NCBI GenBank assembly: GCA_000320545.1
Contig: ADNK01000827.1
Location: 1 to 64,000, forward strand
DNA length: 64,000 nucleotides
DNA from: Bigelowiella natans CCMP2755
Taxonomy: Eukaryota > Protista > Cercozoa
Direction of reading: 5' to 3'
The notes under the pieces: generated by a model
What the model was told of the DNA's origin: nothing
Database searches by the model: none
Seen by the model: the letters and a program-made list of their open reading frames with translations, nothing else
Program-made: the position numbers and the translations under genes
Shown: positions 35,948-49,289 of the stretch, one piece after another
Layout of the letters: each line of letters begins with the position of its first letter
Position numbering within the stretch: position 1 is the stretch's first letter

Positions 35948-38099
35948 ATGGAGCCGTCCACCTCTGAAGCGATGGATAAGATCCCCGCGCACACCGCAAG
36001 CTGGGACGCAGATACAAGAGCAAAGTATCAGGATGTTCTAAGCACTGACAAAGACTTGTATCAAACCATCCGGGAAGGAGCTAAGGTCTTCTAGGCAAGC
36101 AGCGCATGTGTCTTTCTAGTCGCAACCTTCTCATCTTCTTGCGTTGCAGGTGGTGGTTGTTGGCAACGATGACAAACGGTCTTTGATAAGGATCAAGAAG
36201 GGCAAGAGAGCCAAGTTGGGCAAAGGGGTGAGTCTGAAATGAATAGTGCATCATCGGTGCTACGTGCTCGCATTTGAACAGTTCTGGGATGTTGATTCAA
36301 ATGAGCTAATGATCATACCACCCCTACTCCTCTCATAGTGGAATACGATGGATGGTCTCATCGGGAAACCATACGGAGTTCAACTGGTCATACGGGATAA
36401 TTTGTGCCCATGACAACTATCACTGGCATTAACTCGCTCAAACACCACACATCACATGATTCTTGTATCTTTCAAAAGGATGTTGGACGGGGTGATTTTG
36501 ACATCGTTCCCGATGAAGGTATCCATGATTTAAAATTGCTGTTCCAACCCGCCATGATAATCCTTGTTGCGATGAGGACGATGTGTCTCCCACCCCCCCT
36601 GGTTCTCAGAAGTAAAGGATCCTGCCACTTCTCAAGACTCCTCCAAAGGGAAGGTGTGCATTGAGCTGAAACAATCGTTGTCTGAATAGATCATCCATTA
36701 TTCCTTAAGCAAGTTGAAAATCTCATGAGCGAAGCTGGGTGTATTTACTGATTGATGATGCGCTGAACGAGTCGTTTGTTGCTGTCTTCAGAGCAATGAA
36801 AAGCTGTACGATCGACAGGACAATCAGAAGTAATTATTGGTCTCCACATCCCTTCCTCGCTTTTCCATCTCCACAAATACTTCTCGTTTAAGAAAAGGCA
36901 TTATTTTACTCGGAGAAGTATAAAGGTCAGATTGTTCGCAGGTTCACACACGAGGAGATAACGAAGATGCAGCAGTCGATGACGGAAAAAGAGGTGGCGG
37001 ACAGCGTGTTGTCATTTTGTTGCAGGCATTGACTGATCGAAGGCGACACAGATAAAAATGACTTCATTTTCTCGTCACACGTAGGTGATGAATCGAGTCG
37101 TGGCTGGATCTGCCACATTTAACACCAAAACTGAGTTCTCAAAAGCAAAGTAAGAAGAAACCAGGGCAGTGATCGGATTAATGCTGCAATGCGACAACCA
37201 GAGAGTGATTGATGATGGGATCTTGTTTAATTCTTCCTCCTCCTCTTCCAGTATAAAGCAGCGTAATACTGAGTGTGCAAACTGGTAACAACAACAACAA
37301 CAATAGGTACTTGAAGCGAAAGAAGAAACGACATCTCTCTCGTCTAACCGTTCTACCCGCAACGCCCTTCAACATCTGCGAGACCTACCTCAAGAATGAG
37401 CCAAAGAAGTCAATGTAAAAGCTTTACCCTTTACCACATCAAGAAAACATTGTTACCGTCATCATCTTCGTGATTATTAACACGATATATCTTGGATACG
37501 GCGTCATCGATTTAGTCTTTATCGATTTTTCTTGTTGTGCATTGTTTCTATAAAAGGTATCTACGCCCAGACGTTCTGTCATATATCCTTACTGCAGCCA
37601 ACGTTCGAGCGTAAGTCTCATTGCCATCATCATTCTTCCTCCTCCTTTTCCTCCTCCTCCTTCCATGCTAGCTATTTAATCAACAAGGGACGGCAACTTG
37701 AAGATCTGTTTCCTCCTCCCCCTCCCCCTTTCAACAGACATGGTCGTACGCTAGTTTGCGAGAGCACACATGGACTTATCACAGCGGTAGTCAAAATGAG
37801 ATGAGCGGCAAATTACAAGAATCTGAGAAGATATAAGATCTCTTTTCTTCTTTGTCTTCTTGTTGTTGTTGTTCTTGTTCTTCTTGTCCATGTTATCGCC
37901 GTTGTGTTGCTGCATTTAATGATTCAATCGCTCTGCGAATGATCTGAAAGGCTGCTATGGAAAGACAAGGCGGATTCGGGAGAGTGATCTATATATACGT
38001 CTCTAACCGTCCGCACACAGAAGCAGTTGGGTCTTGCAACTTCCCCGAGCGATATCACAAGACATTATGGTCGGTTGTGGTTCCACGAACTATGATAGC

Positions 38100-38134
<35 letters not shown>

Positions 38135-38893
38135 AATGATGACGATGCCCGTAATAAGAAAGCTTGGATAGCGTCACTTGTGTACCAACATCTTACATAT
38201 TCATGAGACATATTTTCTTTTATCCAAGCCATATTTTGCTTCTCTTCCTCAGGTCGTTTCCTTGGGCCCTGCCGCTTTCATTCAACCGTGAGAGGTGATA
38301 ATACGCGTGTATCATAGCATCGACAAACACAGCAAAGCAGCCAGCAGAAACCCTTAACATCATAAAAGCCAACCGATCATCGTAATCACTGCTGACTACC
38401 ACCTATTCTTACGTCCTCAGATTGAAGATATTGGCAGAGATGCGAGCGAAAGCACAGCAGCAGAATGCAGAGAATGCCGACGAAAAGAAGACTGAATCCA
38501 CAGTTCAGGCAAAGCAAGATGACAACAATCAAGATACAACAAGCGAAAAGCGTGATCCAGTTGAAGAGGAAGTAAGTTGTACCATAATAACAATACGAAT
38601 ACATCAATGGTGTGATGATGATGATGATGATGATGAGGAGGAGGAGGAGGAGTAGGAGATGCTAATGATACGTCAGAATGTGGTAGCACAAACAAGCATT
38701 GAAAACAGTGCCAGCTTACTTCGTGCTTTTCCTTCTTCCTTGCATAGTATATTGTGGCTGGTAACACACACTGTTGTTCTTTTTGCTACCGACTGCTGCT
38801 GCTGTTAGAAAACCAGAAAGCTGTACTTACGAGCAAAAGAACAGATGGCCGAGATGGCGTCTAGCTTGATAATTGCTACGAGGTTGTGCATAC

Positions 38894-38925
<32 letters not shown>

Positions 38926-39948
38926 GTTATGTGTGTGTGTGCGCGCGCAGCTGCCAGCCCTCTATCCATCCCCATTGAATACAGGGACGAATGCACGACT
39001 GCAGGGTTTTTCGTGATGATTGGTCAACTAACTACTGCGCTACTACACAATTTAGAAACTGCCCACGATCGATTCTCAAGGAGCTTTGTCCATATCTTGC
39101 AGGCTCTGGTATGTAGGATGCTTGCTGTAGAAAACAACCTCTCTTTCTTTGCTCTCAGATTCCATATACGATGAGTGCTTTGCCTTTGGACACGACAGGT
39201 TGTATAGTCGTCTACAGCGAGCATCTCTCTCCTTTGAAGGTTGGTCAATGATGATGATTATGATGATAACATTAACCTGTCTTCTCACCGCAAGTTGCTT
39301 AATATACTGCTTCTTCTTGTTCTCAGGAAGCAGCGGATTGGTTGAAGAAAACGGCGACGGTATTGACAAACAAGAAAAGCATGTGAAGTATCGCCCCTTG
39401 AATCAAAGATGATGACACCTAACCCTAATGAAGCTTCCTCATCATTCAGATGCTTAATTAGACTGCCGCATGAACATAATATGGCTATTAATGTCAAGTT
39501 GATTTTTACAATTCTTCTCAAGGCCACGAACGTGAATATATGCGACAACTGGTTCCGCGAGTATCAGGTACTACTACTCTCCGTTTGTATTCTTTTGCCA
39601 AAACTACTAGCTTCTAGCAGCAGCAGCAGGCAGCAGGCAACGAGAAATCAGAATACTTTCTTCCTTATGTTAACCTGCCGCTACAAAACTAATTATTCAG
39701 ATCCTTCCTCAAAGAACCCATCCGATGATGAATATGAATGGCTTCAGCGGGTAGTTGTTGTTGTTGTTGTTGTCTGCACTCTGCTGCACTGAGTATTTTT
39801 CAAAGGAACTCACGTCATGAAAGCAGCTTATGTTAAACTCTGTTTCAGGTACCTCTTGACTGCGATAAAATTGAAGCATCCTAATGACTGTGTATGGCCA
39901 ATACCTGGACATACCACTTCCCATAAGGAAGCAGATGCCACAGAATGA
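35948..39948 (+). CDS. TRM6: tRNA m1A58 methyltransferase non-catalytic subunit TRM6/Gcd10, many exons
   Basis: LIGKPYG; DNQK-FTHEEI; SATFNTKTEFSKAK-YLKRKKKRH; LRPDVLSYILTAANV; LVCESTHGLI; SSLIIATR; WFREYQ; GYLLTAIK. Confidence 0.88.
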
Positions 39949-40653
39949 TGAAAATCCTTCGCTCCCGAACACAGTGGTCGAGATGGTTTAGATAGGCATT
40001 TACGAATAGTTCCTCGTAATATGATATAATAATAGTAAGGCAACACTACCACAGCACCAAGCAGTCAGCAGACGTAATGTTTGTCAGCAACTATTGCATA
40101 GATCGTGCTCTGAACGACGAGGCAGTAGTCTTATTGTGCTAATCTAGACCCATTATGTACATCTCGAGGGACCCACTTTTTAACCGCAGAATGCCTGTTG
40201 AAGTTAAGTTAACATGCATAAGCTGCTACTCGTCGCACGGCGCGTATTTATACTTATACGTACTAGCGCGACAAAGTGCACAGCATGTCATGTGGGCCGC
40301 ACAGCACTGGCTCTATGCCACCATATAGCAACGTTTGGATTGCGGGGTTTGCGCGTGCTCATAAACTGTATGCTGGCAATTTAACGCTTATAGTGGTGAC
40401 TGGTGACGGTCATCGAACTAAAGTATTATTGAGCCTCTACAATCCACATTGTGTGTGCAAATAAGCTACGCCTTGCGAGCTTGTTGAGTCGCTCTTGTAA
40501 TCTCTGTTTAGCTAGTTAGGCGTAGTTGCTGATGTGCGGTGTACTACGCGCAATGGTAGATCGATGGATCAGAAGCATTAGTTTGACTTTATTGTAATTG
40601 CAGTCTTTTATAAGCACCGGAATTGTGTCCACACATGCAATGAGTAGCTAAAT

Positions 40654-41800
40654 CTAATAGTCCTCTTCGAGTACCTGTCTCATTGACCGTTGTATAATCG
40701 GGAATGTGAGTCTTAGTTCTGAGGGCAAACGTTGATGATGTGTCAAACAAATATGAAATAAAAAGGAAATATTAGAGTCATGATTACCAGATTTTTTCCT
40801 ATCAAATTCAGCTTTCCCCTTTTTATCATCTACCTTCCTCGGAAGGTCAAGATATAATTTGCTGTATCGATTACGCGTGCGATGAGCCTCTTATTGGTGA
40901 CATTTGATTATTTGTTTTCATTTTAAAAAAATAAATATTACAATTTCGGCGAACGAAGCAACAGCGACTCCGGAGTAATTTCGAGATCAACCTATCTCGT
41001 GTGTGTCAGGACATTTATTCCAAAAGACGATAGACAGCAAAGACCTTTGCCATAGGTTCTCCCGGAAGATTTATTTTAATTATCATTGTGTCACAACTGT
41101 GAGGGAGATAAGGATAAGGAACCTGTAAATTCTGTAGAATGATCAAGTTAGTTACCTCATACTAGAAGGATCTTTGAATCCCATGTTCATGTAGACATCT
41201 TCTGCACCAACGCTTTGTTTGTACAGCACTTCGTATTCCGGCTGGGTGAATTGAAAATAAGTCAGAGTTAGCTCATCGCAGATCAAAAACGTTCGCACCT
41301 CTTCTCTATCATCCTCCTCCTCTTCTTCAATAACTGCCGCGCTTTCGGGTACATCTTCGCTTTCCCATATATCTTTGGCATCCTTCAGTTAGGAACCAAA
41401 TCGTAAAAAACTTTAGTTTAGTTAAAAAAAACCATGATGACATTTCGAAGAATCTCCACATGTCTATCTATATGAGGTTGATGAGACAAAACAAAAATCC
41501 ACCTTTTGCTGGTTGCCTTTGACTACAGCTTTGAAAGGCTTTTCATAGCCCTCCTTCTTTTCTTTTCCCGTACCATAGAGCTTTTTCACGGCTGCGTGAT
41601 CTACTTGGTCGTTTGTATCGTCATCATCGATCTTCTGCGCTCGTAAAAATAATGAGTACACAGCACAAATCTATCAGAGGTTCTTGTATATTATCGAACG
41701 ATCAGCGCTATCGGCACTCCGATAAGCACAAAGAGAGTACCTCCTCTTGGAGCAAGTCGTGGATGCGTGCTATATCAGAGATGCCGAGCATTGACGACAT
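40654..41800 (-). CDS. DNAAF6: Dynein axonemal assembly factor 6 (PIH1D3), about 8 exons
   Basis: KDIWESEDV; PEYEVLYKQSVGAEDVYMNMGFKDPSS; CDTMIIKINLPG; VDLEIT; LYLDLPRKVDDKKGKAEFD...LRLTFPI. Confidence 0.88.
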
Positions 41801-42149
41801 GTTGGCAGCTGATTCTGTCAAATGCATGGACAATACCGATCCATAAATGACAATGAAAATGTAGCGAAGCATGATCATTCATGAAAAGTACGATAAAATG
41901 TTGACTGAAGCAACGCTACGACATGCCAGAAGAACGTTCTTTGAGGGAACAACTCAATAAGTGCGAGGAGGTGGAGAAACGACAGCTTACGAAAGATGAA
42001 AATCATAATGTTCGTGTATGCCCGCTCCAATGCTGATGCTGGCGTATTGAACCTATACAAGCTCCAGCAAAGAGACAGCGCGGGGGGATGGGCAAGCCGA
42101 ACTTCCAGAACGTTTTTTGGTATGTGATCATTGTTATGAGCGTTTCTTA

Positions 42150-42240
42150 GAGATAATTCAGAGATCCAGAGATCTATGGAGATCATTCAGAGATCATTTG
42201 TCAATTGCAGAGATCCTGTAGAGATACCTCAGAGATTTAG
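42150..42240. promoter_or_regulatory. Cluster of about 6 (A)GAGAT(C) motifs in the DNAAF6/aldose-epimerase divergent promoter
   Basis: cagagatcc, agagatct, ggagatcattc, agagatcatt, agagatcc, agagatac, agagattt within 90 bp. Confidence 0.4.
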
Positions 42241-42277
42241 TGGAGACGACAGTCCCCAAAACACACAAACTCCCCCC

Positions 42278-44243
42278 ATGTTCATGATAATGCACAGACT
42301 GCTGTTCCTCCTCCTACCGGCTGCAGCACTTGTACCGCTCTCAAGATTTCAGGTTCATGATAAGATTCTAGAGGACGGGGAGGCAAAGATCGAAGCGAAG
42401 GTAAGCGAAGAGCTGAAGTGGGGCGTGTGCCGGTTGCACCTACACGCGAAAACATTTGAGCCCCTTGATGTACATTTGGAAAATTAGGTTCTTCTCAACA
42501 CGGAGAATGGGGAACATGCGACTGTTCTCTCAGGATGGGTTACTCATCTCATTCGGTTCAATAAAATTATCCTTAACGATGATATCATATTCTTAGGGTG
42601 GGAAGCTAGAATTGTTGCAGTTAGTCGGCAAGGAAGGTCTACGAGATGTGATTTACAACCACAACGGAAATGCGACTCTCATTCAGAAAGACTCGGTGCT
42701 CATATATTTACACGCAACTGAGTCGTTTAATCTCACCGTACACATCTTACAACAATGCTGCAGTCACCTGGCGCTGTCTTATGCCCCTTTTCGAATCGAG
42801 TTGCAAATGGAACATATACTTGGAACGGAAAGACACATTATCTAAATAGAAACTCTGCCAACAACGCCATACATGGATTCCTGATTGGAGGCCAGTACGT
42901 TGATAAAAAAACATTTCGTAATGTTTCTCGAACTTATCCCGTGTGTTTCATCGCACAGGCCAATGGAGGTTGCTCAAATTTCTTCCGACGATTCACACGC
43001 AGCTGTGACCTTGAGGTTCTACAGAACATATTTCGTTAAAGGAAATATTGAATGAAATTGTTAAGTGTGGACCAACTTGTGGTGATGCGACATGTTGTAG
43101 TTACACGTTCGGTGGGGAGGAAGGCTACCCTTTTAATGTGAGTTTCGAGTTAACCTACACACTCGATTCCAATGGCCTTCAAGTCAAAGGGAAGGCTGAA
43201 AACATAATGGCGGACAGGTGATGGATCTGCAGCATCTATGTTCACCTAGAATGATCGAATTAAACTGAACTACATGTGTTTGAATTTTGACACAAGGTCG
43301 GCCCCATTTATGTTGGGTCTACATCCGTACTTTAAGGTAGGTAGAAGGTTGTTGAACAACAACAACAACATAGTGCTGGTAGTATTCCATGTGCAAAGTA
43401 AGATGAGACTGAGATGATGATGATGATGATGACGATGATGGTGATGGGATATAATCCTTGTTCAATCAACACACTATGAAATAGGTGAAGGATGTATCAA
43501 AGACCGTCGTGACGTTCGATCAATGCTCAAAATGGAATCACGTCGATGTGACCCCTGTATGTTATTACGACATCTTTTTCATGGACTTCTTAGCAGCCAG
43601 ATGTGTTAATGATAAGTCTACTTACCATCACCTGCTTCTCCTCAGGCACCAGATCTAATACCTATTGGAACTACAACTCCTGTCAAGCGCCCATTCGTAA
43701 CTGAAACTTCTGCATTTTAGAAGAAGAAGAACAACCAAAACAAGTCTGACAAAACAGTACTATTTCTCGTTGAGCAAACCTCTTCTCTACTGCATACATA
43801 CAGGATGGTTCCAGTCCAATTGGTGGAAATATCACCCATCCCACCCACTTTGATGACGGGTTCAAAGCAATTTCATCCAGAAGACACTGTCCAAAGCTTA
43901 CTACGAAGGTAAACTTTTGGGTTCCTATCCCCCCTGCAACCAATTACAGATTTCGCGCCCAAAACAGATTAGAGATGATCAAGACGTTTTGAAGTTGTGG
44001 ATGGACGATAGCTTTCGCTTTCTTCAGGTCTTGAATTTACTTAGTAAAAGTGGTTTTGCGATGTTGTCGTCGTTATGAACGATGTACATCAATTAGATCT
44101 ACACTGGGGCTCCAGATAAGGGAGTTGCTGTTGAACCTCAAGCAGGCGAGACAGATTGCTGGAACAATAAAGACTCTGTCATAGCACTGCAGGCTGGTGA
44201 AATTTGGGAAGGAAGCTTTGGATTTTCAATAGAAGCCCTTTAA
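42278..44243 (+). CDS. Aldose 1-epimerase (mutarotase) family protein with signal peptide, many exons
   Basis: MFMIMHRLLFLLLPAAAL leader; GAVLCPFSNRVANGTYTWNGKTHYL; NAIHGF; GYPF; GLHPYF; HFDDGF; QIYTG; VAVEP (catalytic His and Glu motifs). Confidence 0.88.
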
Positions 44244-44531
44244 TTTTGAGTTGCGTGCCGCTGTTACACCGAAGTTATCTCCATGTACTGAGTGTGGGTA
44301 CGGTATGTCTAGATGTGGTGCTCGCACTATTGCCTACTCTGTCCTCTCGCCTTCGTTGCATTTGTACTGTGCATAATCTAGATAATGCTACTGAACTACG
44401 TATCGTATGATAGCGCAATAATGTCTAGATGTGTGCATCGGCCATCGAGCTACATGTAACATTGCTAGTGACACATCTAGATAGTCGCTGCTGGAGCTGC
44501 TCCTGTAGCGCCAGCCACATATATACATATA

Positions 44532-44623
44532 TGAGACGGATGTGATGAAGAATCAAATTTTTTCAATGGTCATCCTGATGTAGCTGTGCAATGCAGCGGC
44601 TACAGCGCTAATGTTGCATCTGT
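44532..44623 (+). repeat. Dispersed ~95-nt intergenic repeat, copy B (partner at 32521-32615)
   Basis: Direct alignment by eye with copy A. Confidence 0.8.
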
Positions 44624-45057
44624 ACATATATAGATATAGCACTATTGCCAGCCATTATCAAGACAGTAAACACACGCGCAGTCATTCCTAATTTGTTCAT
44701 CCTATGTTCGTGCATATATATAGGAAATTTTATTTAGCGCTGCGATGCGCTCTAGCACGCTGCAGAATTTTGGCATTGGATACGGTGCGTGTAGGCCAGA
44801 TCAGATAGGCGCACATACTTAAGGGTTACGGCGGTTACAGCGCGGCAGCATCATGGTCTATGTGGTTGTGTGTGCTGTCATATTGTTTTAATCGACTTGG
44901 AAGTAGTCGAAACTTTACAGTTCGATCATCATATATTATTTATTCTGCGCAATGATCGCAGCCTTGCGATTTCAATCTTGCTAGAGCCATCCGTATGAAC
45001 CGCCAATGCTCCAAATACGGTTATAAATCTCCCCAGGTCCACACTCTACAACCAGCT

Positions 45058-45544
45058 CTAGTTGAACTAGATGACAACAAACGTGATGAGGTTACATACT
45101 ATCTTCAGTATCCAAATGGAACATTGCGCGAGAAACCATGATGACAATAGGCCCAACCTGGTGCCATGTTCACGGCGCAAATAACAGCTATAGCAGCAGG
45201 CATTCATGCATGACAAGTACCGGGTCGATTCTCGGATCGTGCTCGGTGAAAACCTTCTTTCCCGTGGCAGCACAAGACGTACATATAACCTTCGGAGTGA
45301 ACAATTGGAGAAGTTTGCGGCGTGGGTGATAAAACCATAAATCACACTCGAGAGATGACTCGAGAGATGACTCTACTAGTTAAGAATGTTAGCCACACAA
45401 CAACTTTCACGTTTTATACCTTTCCTAAATTCCCACAGTTTTCGCACATTCCGCCTGTCTCGGGATTAATGCCGCTGATGCAATTAATGGGACAAAAGTA
45501 AATAACTTTCGATGGAGACTGAAGCAAAATACGCATACACGCGG

Positions 45545-45585
<41 letters not shown>

Positions 45586-45587
45586 GC

Positions 45588-45629
<42 letters not shown>

Positions 45630-48600
45630 ATGAAAGACGCCTAAGATCACATTCCCCCTCCACAATAGATATCAGCATAAGTTCTCCCCTCATTCAACAT
45701 GGCTGATAACTGCCATATATTGAACCATCATCATCATCATCATCATTATTATCGGCACCGAGTGATCATGTTAGCCTTTTACCTGCCACCACATATGCCG
45801 CATGTTAAATACCCAGCTCCACTGCAGAAGGTACAAATCTAGGAGGAGGCATCAAGGAGGAGGAGGAGGAGGAGGAGGAGGAGGAGGAGAAGGGAGAGAA
45901 AGAGAACAGCGGAAGGTGATGATGAGAAAGGAAAAGCCCAACAGCCATTAAAAATGAATGTAAAGATGCGTAATACCACATTCTCTATTGGTAAACTAGT
46001 GTTCTAAGCTTCTTCTCTCTTGCTTTCGTCCGTCATTATGGTGACCATCGTCATCGCATTATTGTTATGTGACTACTACAACTATAGCTACTACTACTAC
46101 TACTACTAATAATAATAATACTCCTCCTCCTACTTACGCTTGCGGCCTGTGCGTTAGCGTTGTTGACTTCTACGAGTAGTAGGGCTGTCAAGACTCCGAC
46201 CATTCCTGTGTGTTTTGTTGTATATATATTCGTGAGAGACAGTTAGTGCGTGTACTGCTGCTGCTGCTGCCACCTACTACCTCCGCAAAACGAAGCAACG
46301 ATGGGGTCGACTTCGGCAAGCTGAGCAGGCAGCCCAACCGAGGTGATAAAATCATAGTAAGAGGCCCCTCCCAAGCCCATTCGCACCTAAACAACCGATG
46401 GATGATAAAATTGGAAAAATATATTGATAAGAACGATGAAGATCATGAGTACACAGAGCGAGAGTACATTATTTGACAAGAATACTATTCTTCGGTGAAC
46501 AATGACCTCGAGGAGAGGGGCAATAAGTCCGCCAAAGATAATGACAGCTGGTGTTGCAATCGAGTAGAACCTCTTATAATCCTGAATCATGGTCAAAAAG
46601 AAGAAGAAGAAGATGATGATGATAAAGAAGTAGCCAAACCAAAGGCAATAGCAAAATCACAGCAGCAATCCCGAGTTAAAAGGCGCATCTTTTCTTGTGA
46701 TAGATTGTGACGACGTGATTTCTACTGTTTCATCAGCATGCTACCACTCGTAATATAGATTAAATTAAAACGAGAATATTCTTACGGGGTTTTAATGGTA
46801 CAGAAACCATGAATGGTCACTGCGGAGAGAGAAACTGCTGCTGCTGCTACTACTACTACTAATAATAATAATCGTTGCTTCACCTGGATCGTGTTCTTTG
46901 TGATAGGTGGAAAATTGGGAATAGCTGATGGAAAAGACTCCTGCTCTTGCATCTCACGCACCTTCCGTATAGCATCAATAATGGTTAATTCATAAATTAT
47001 TTATAAATAATGTACTGCTCTCCAGTAGTGAATTTTGGCAAATCTTATAATCTATCCTCCCGCTTCTTCTTTTTCTTCTTCTTCTTCTTCTTCTTCTTCT
47101 TCTTTCTTCTTCTTCTCTATGATGCTCTAACTGACTGTTTGTGTTCCCCTCATGCCGGGTGCTTTTGCTTTGATTCGCTGCTGAATCCGGAGCCTCCTAA
47201 CCTGTGGTTTGTGTAGCTGTCATCAATGCAGGAAGAAGAAGAAGAAGAAGAAGAAGAAGAAGAAGAAGGAAGAGGAGGAGGAGGAGGAGGAGGAGGAGGA
47301 GGAGGAGGAGAGGAGAGGGACGTACTAGCAGTAGCAGAAGTAGGATGATGATGATGATGATAATGATGATGATGCTGAAGATAGTTTCAATATTCCTTGT
47401 TCTATCTCAATTTTTTCCATCAACTCGATCGCACCCACATGACGACACATTAAAATTTTGCAGTGCGATGAGTGAAAATGAATTGCACCTCCTCCATGAG
47501 TTGGAAGATGCGGTTTCTCCTCTCCTGGATGTTGAACTCGATTTGGCCCTTTTGATCAGATGAAGAGGTGATAGGAGGAGGAGGAGGAGGAAAAAAAGAA
47601 TAAAGGGGAGTTGAAGAGAGGTAAAGAATTAGGACATTGCACAAGGAACCTTTTTAAGTTAGTGTACACAACATCCAATATATCTAAATATATGAAGATA
47701 TAAGTATGCTTATCGGACTCTCCCCGTATTCTTCTTCTTCTTCTTCTAATTGTTAATATAGTGATTGTTTTCATGAAACATAAGATGCCATGGGGTGCTC
47801 AAACACGCTGAATGTTCTTTCCTTCACATTGATCTCCTTTGTCTTTGTTTCTTCATTACCATGGAAAGATCGCCGTAGCGTGCGCCATTCTCACCAAGCA
47901 TGATGAAGTCTGGTGGAGCAGCCTTCATAGACACAAAGGGAAGACAGGCGATTAGTTGATCGATTGTGATATAATGATATATAATGCTGATAATGACGAC
48001 GATTATTAGGCGGATAATGTGAAGGGGGAAAGAAAGAGGAGAAGACAGAGAAATCACCTCTGCGCTCAGGTTTAGCCTATTTAACGCCTCGGTCAAACTT
48101 CCGGAAAATGTGGATCCAGAGGCAACCCGAGGACCTTATTGCGTGATAATTATGAATAGTGTGCTGATGATAACACGAATGTATGAAACGGAATAGTAGT
48201 TAGTTTCCCTAACATCCATCCCCATTCTACTGAGTTCGTTCCACGTAAAGCTAGTCTCTCATCACCTCGTGCTTGGTTGAGAGGATCGATATCATTGGGG
48301 GAAGAGGATCCTTCCGGTGCCTCCTCGAAAGTTGTTGCTGCTATTTCTTCACCATTGTTGCTAGAGCAAGAACAGATCAGAAGGGGCACACGATCACTCA
48401 AGTCAAACCTCTTCTCAGTTGATGTCGATAATGTAGGTTTCAAGAGATTCGTAACTGAAGCAGCGGTCAGGAGTTTCTGCTTGTTTAACGTGGTTGAATG
48501 TATAGAACTACGTCGATTTATTGAACTATGAGTCGCTCGTAGTATAGATGAACGGTGGAGGGCGTCGACGCTGCTCATACGAGTGGTCAGCGCAAGGCAA

Positions 48601-48641
48601 ATAGCGACAATCCCGATTACTGCTAGAGTAGACGAAGCCAC
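45058..48641 (-). CDS. OR: ORANGE (OR) DnaJ-type zinc-finger plastid chaperone with bipartite targeting leader
   Basis: NIQERRNRIFQLMEE/VRRLRIQQRIK; IIFGGLIAPLLE; GLGGASYYDFI..LPAQLAEVDPIVASFCG; CTFCSGAGYLTCGIC; CENCGNLGK/VICTSCAATG..TEHDPRIDP-FN*. N-terminal hydrophobic signal plus Ser-rich transit segment. True start exon uncertain. Confidence 0.92.
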
Positions 48642-49289
48642 TGTAGATGCAACCCCTCCAATCCATCTTAAAATTCAAAATCAGAAACACATCAAAATAG
48701 GCATATGTGATTCGTTTAGGAAGCAGCTGGCTCAAAATCAATCTCCTCGTAATATAACATAAAAATAAGAGAGTGGCAGAACAAACACACCCAGCTCTCC
48801 CCCCTTACCTCCTCCTGAATAAAAAGACACAACCTGCACGACACCATTGTAGTCCCTAGTCGGTCCCTGGAAAATTGGCCGCGAGATTACTGATTCGAAT
48901 GACCGTGGCGTCAAATCAAGGTGGAAGCAATGTGGGTAGTAGGGGGGTTCTCAATCGGTACTATCTGCCGGTGGGCACGTGTGTTACCAGAAGACAAGAG
49001 AAAAAGGTTAAACACATGCGATTTCACATGTACGACACGCAATTATCGAGATCGCATTGGGATAAATCTCCGTCCTTTCCGTGCAACCTTTTTAACGAGT
49101 GAATTATGGCAATTTAATCCTGCGACAATGGTCACTGCAACCGTTCCTTCTTCTTGCTCCTCGGCCGGCGGATGTGTGTCAAGATGGACGAGGATTTTGA
49201 ATGAGATCTTCAAGCTCCTGTGTTGGCTAAAATGCCATTCTTGATTCCTTCTGGTTTCACTAGTTAGACCTCACTAAAGTTAGTTCGAG

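Noticed and set aside
47060-47375. Poly-Arg, poly-Phe and poly-Met ORFs here and similar ones elsewhere
   Set aside because: Translations of intronic (AAG)n, (GAG)n and (GAT)n microsatellites.
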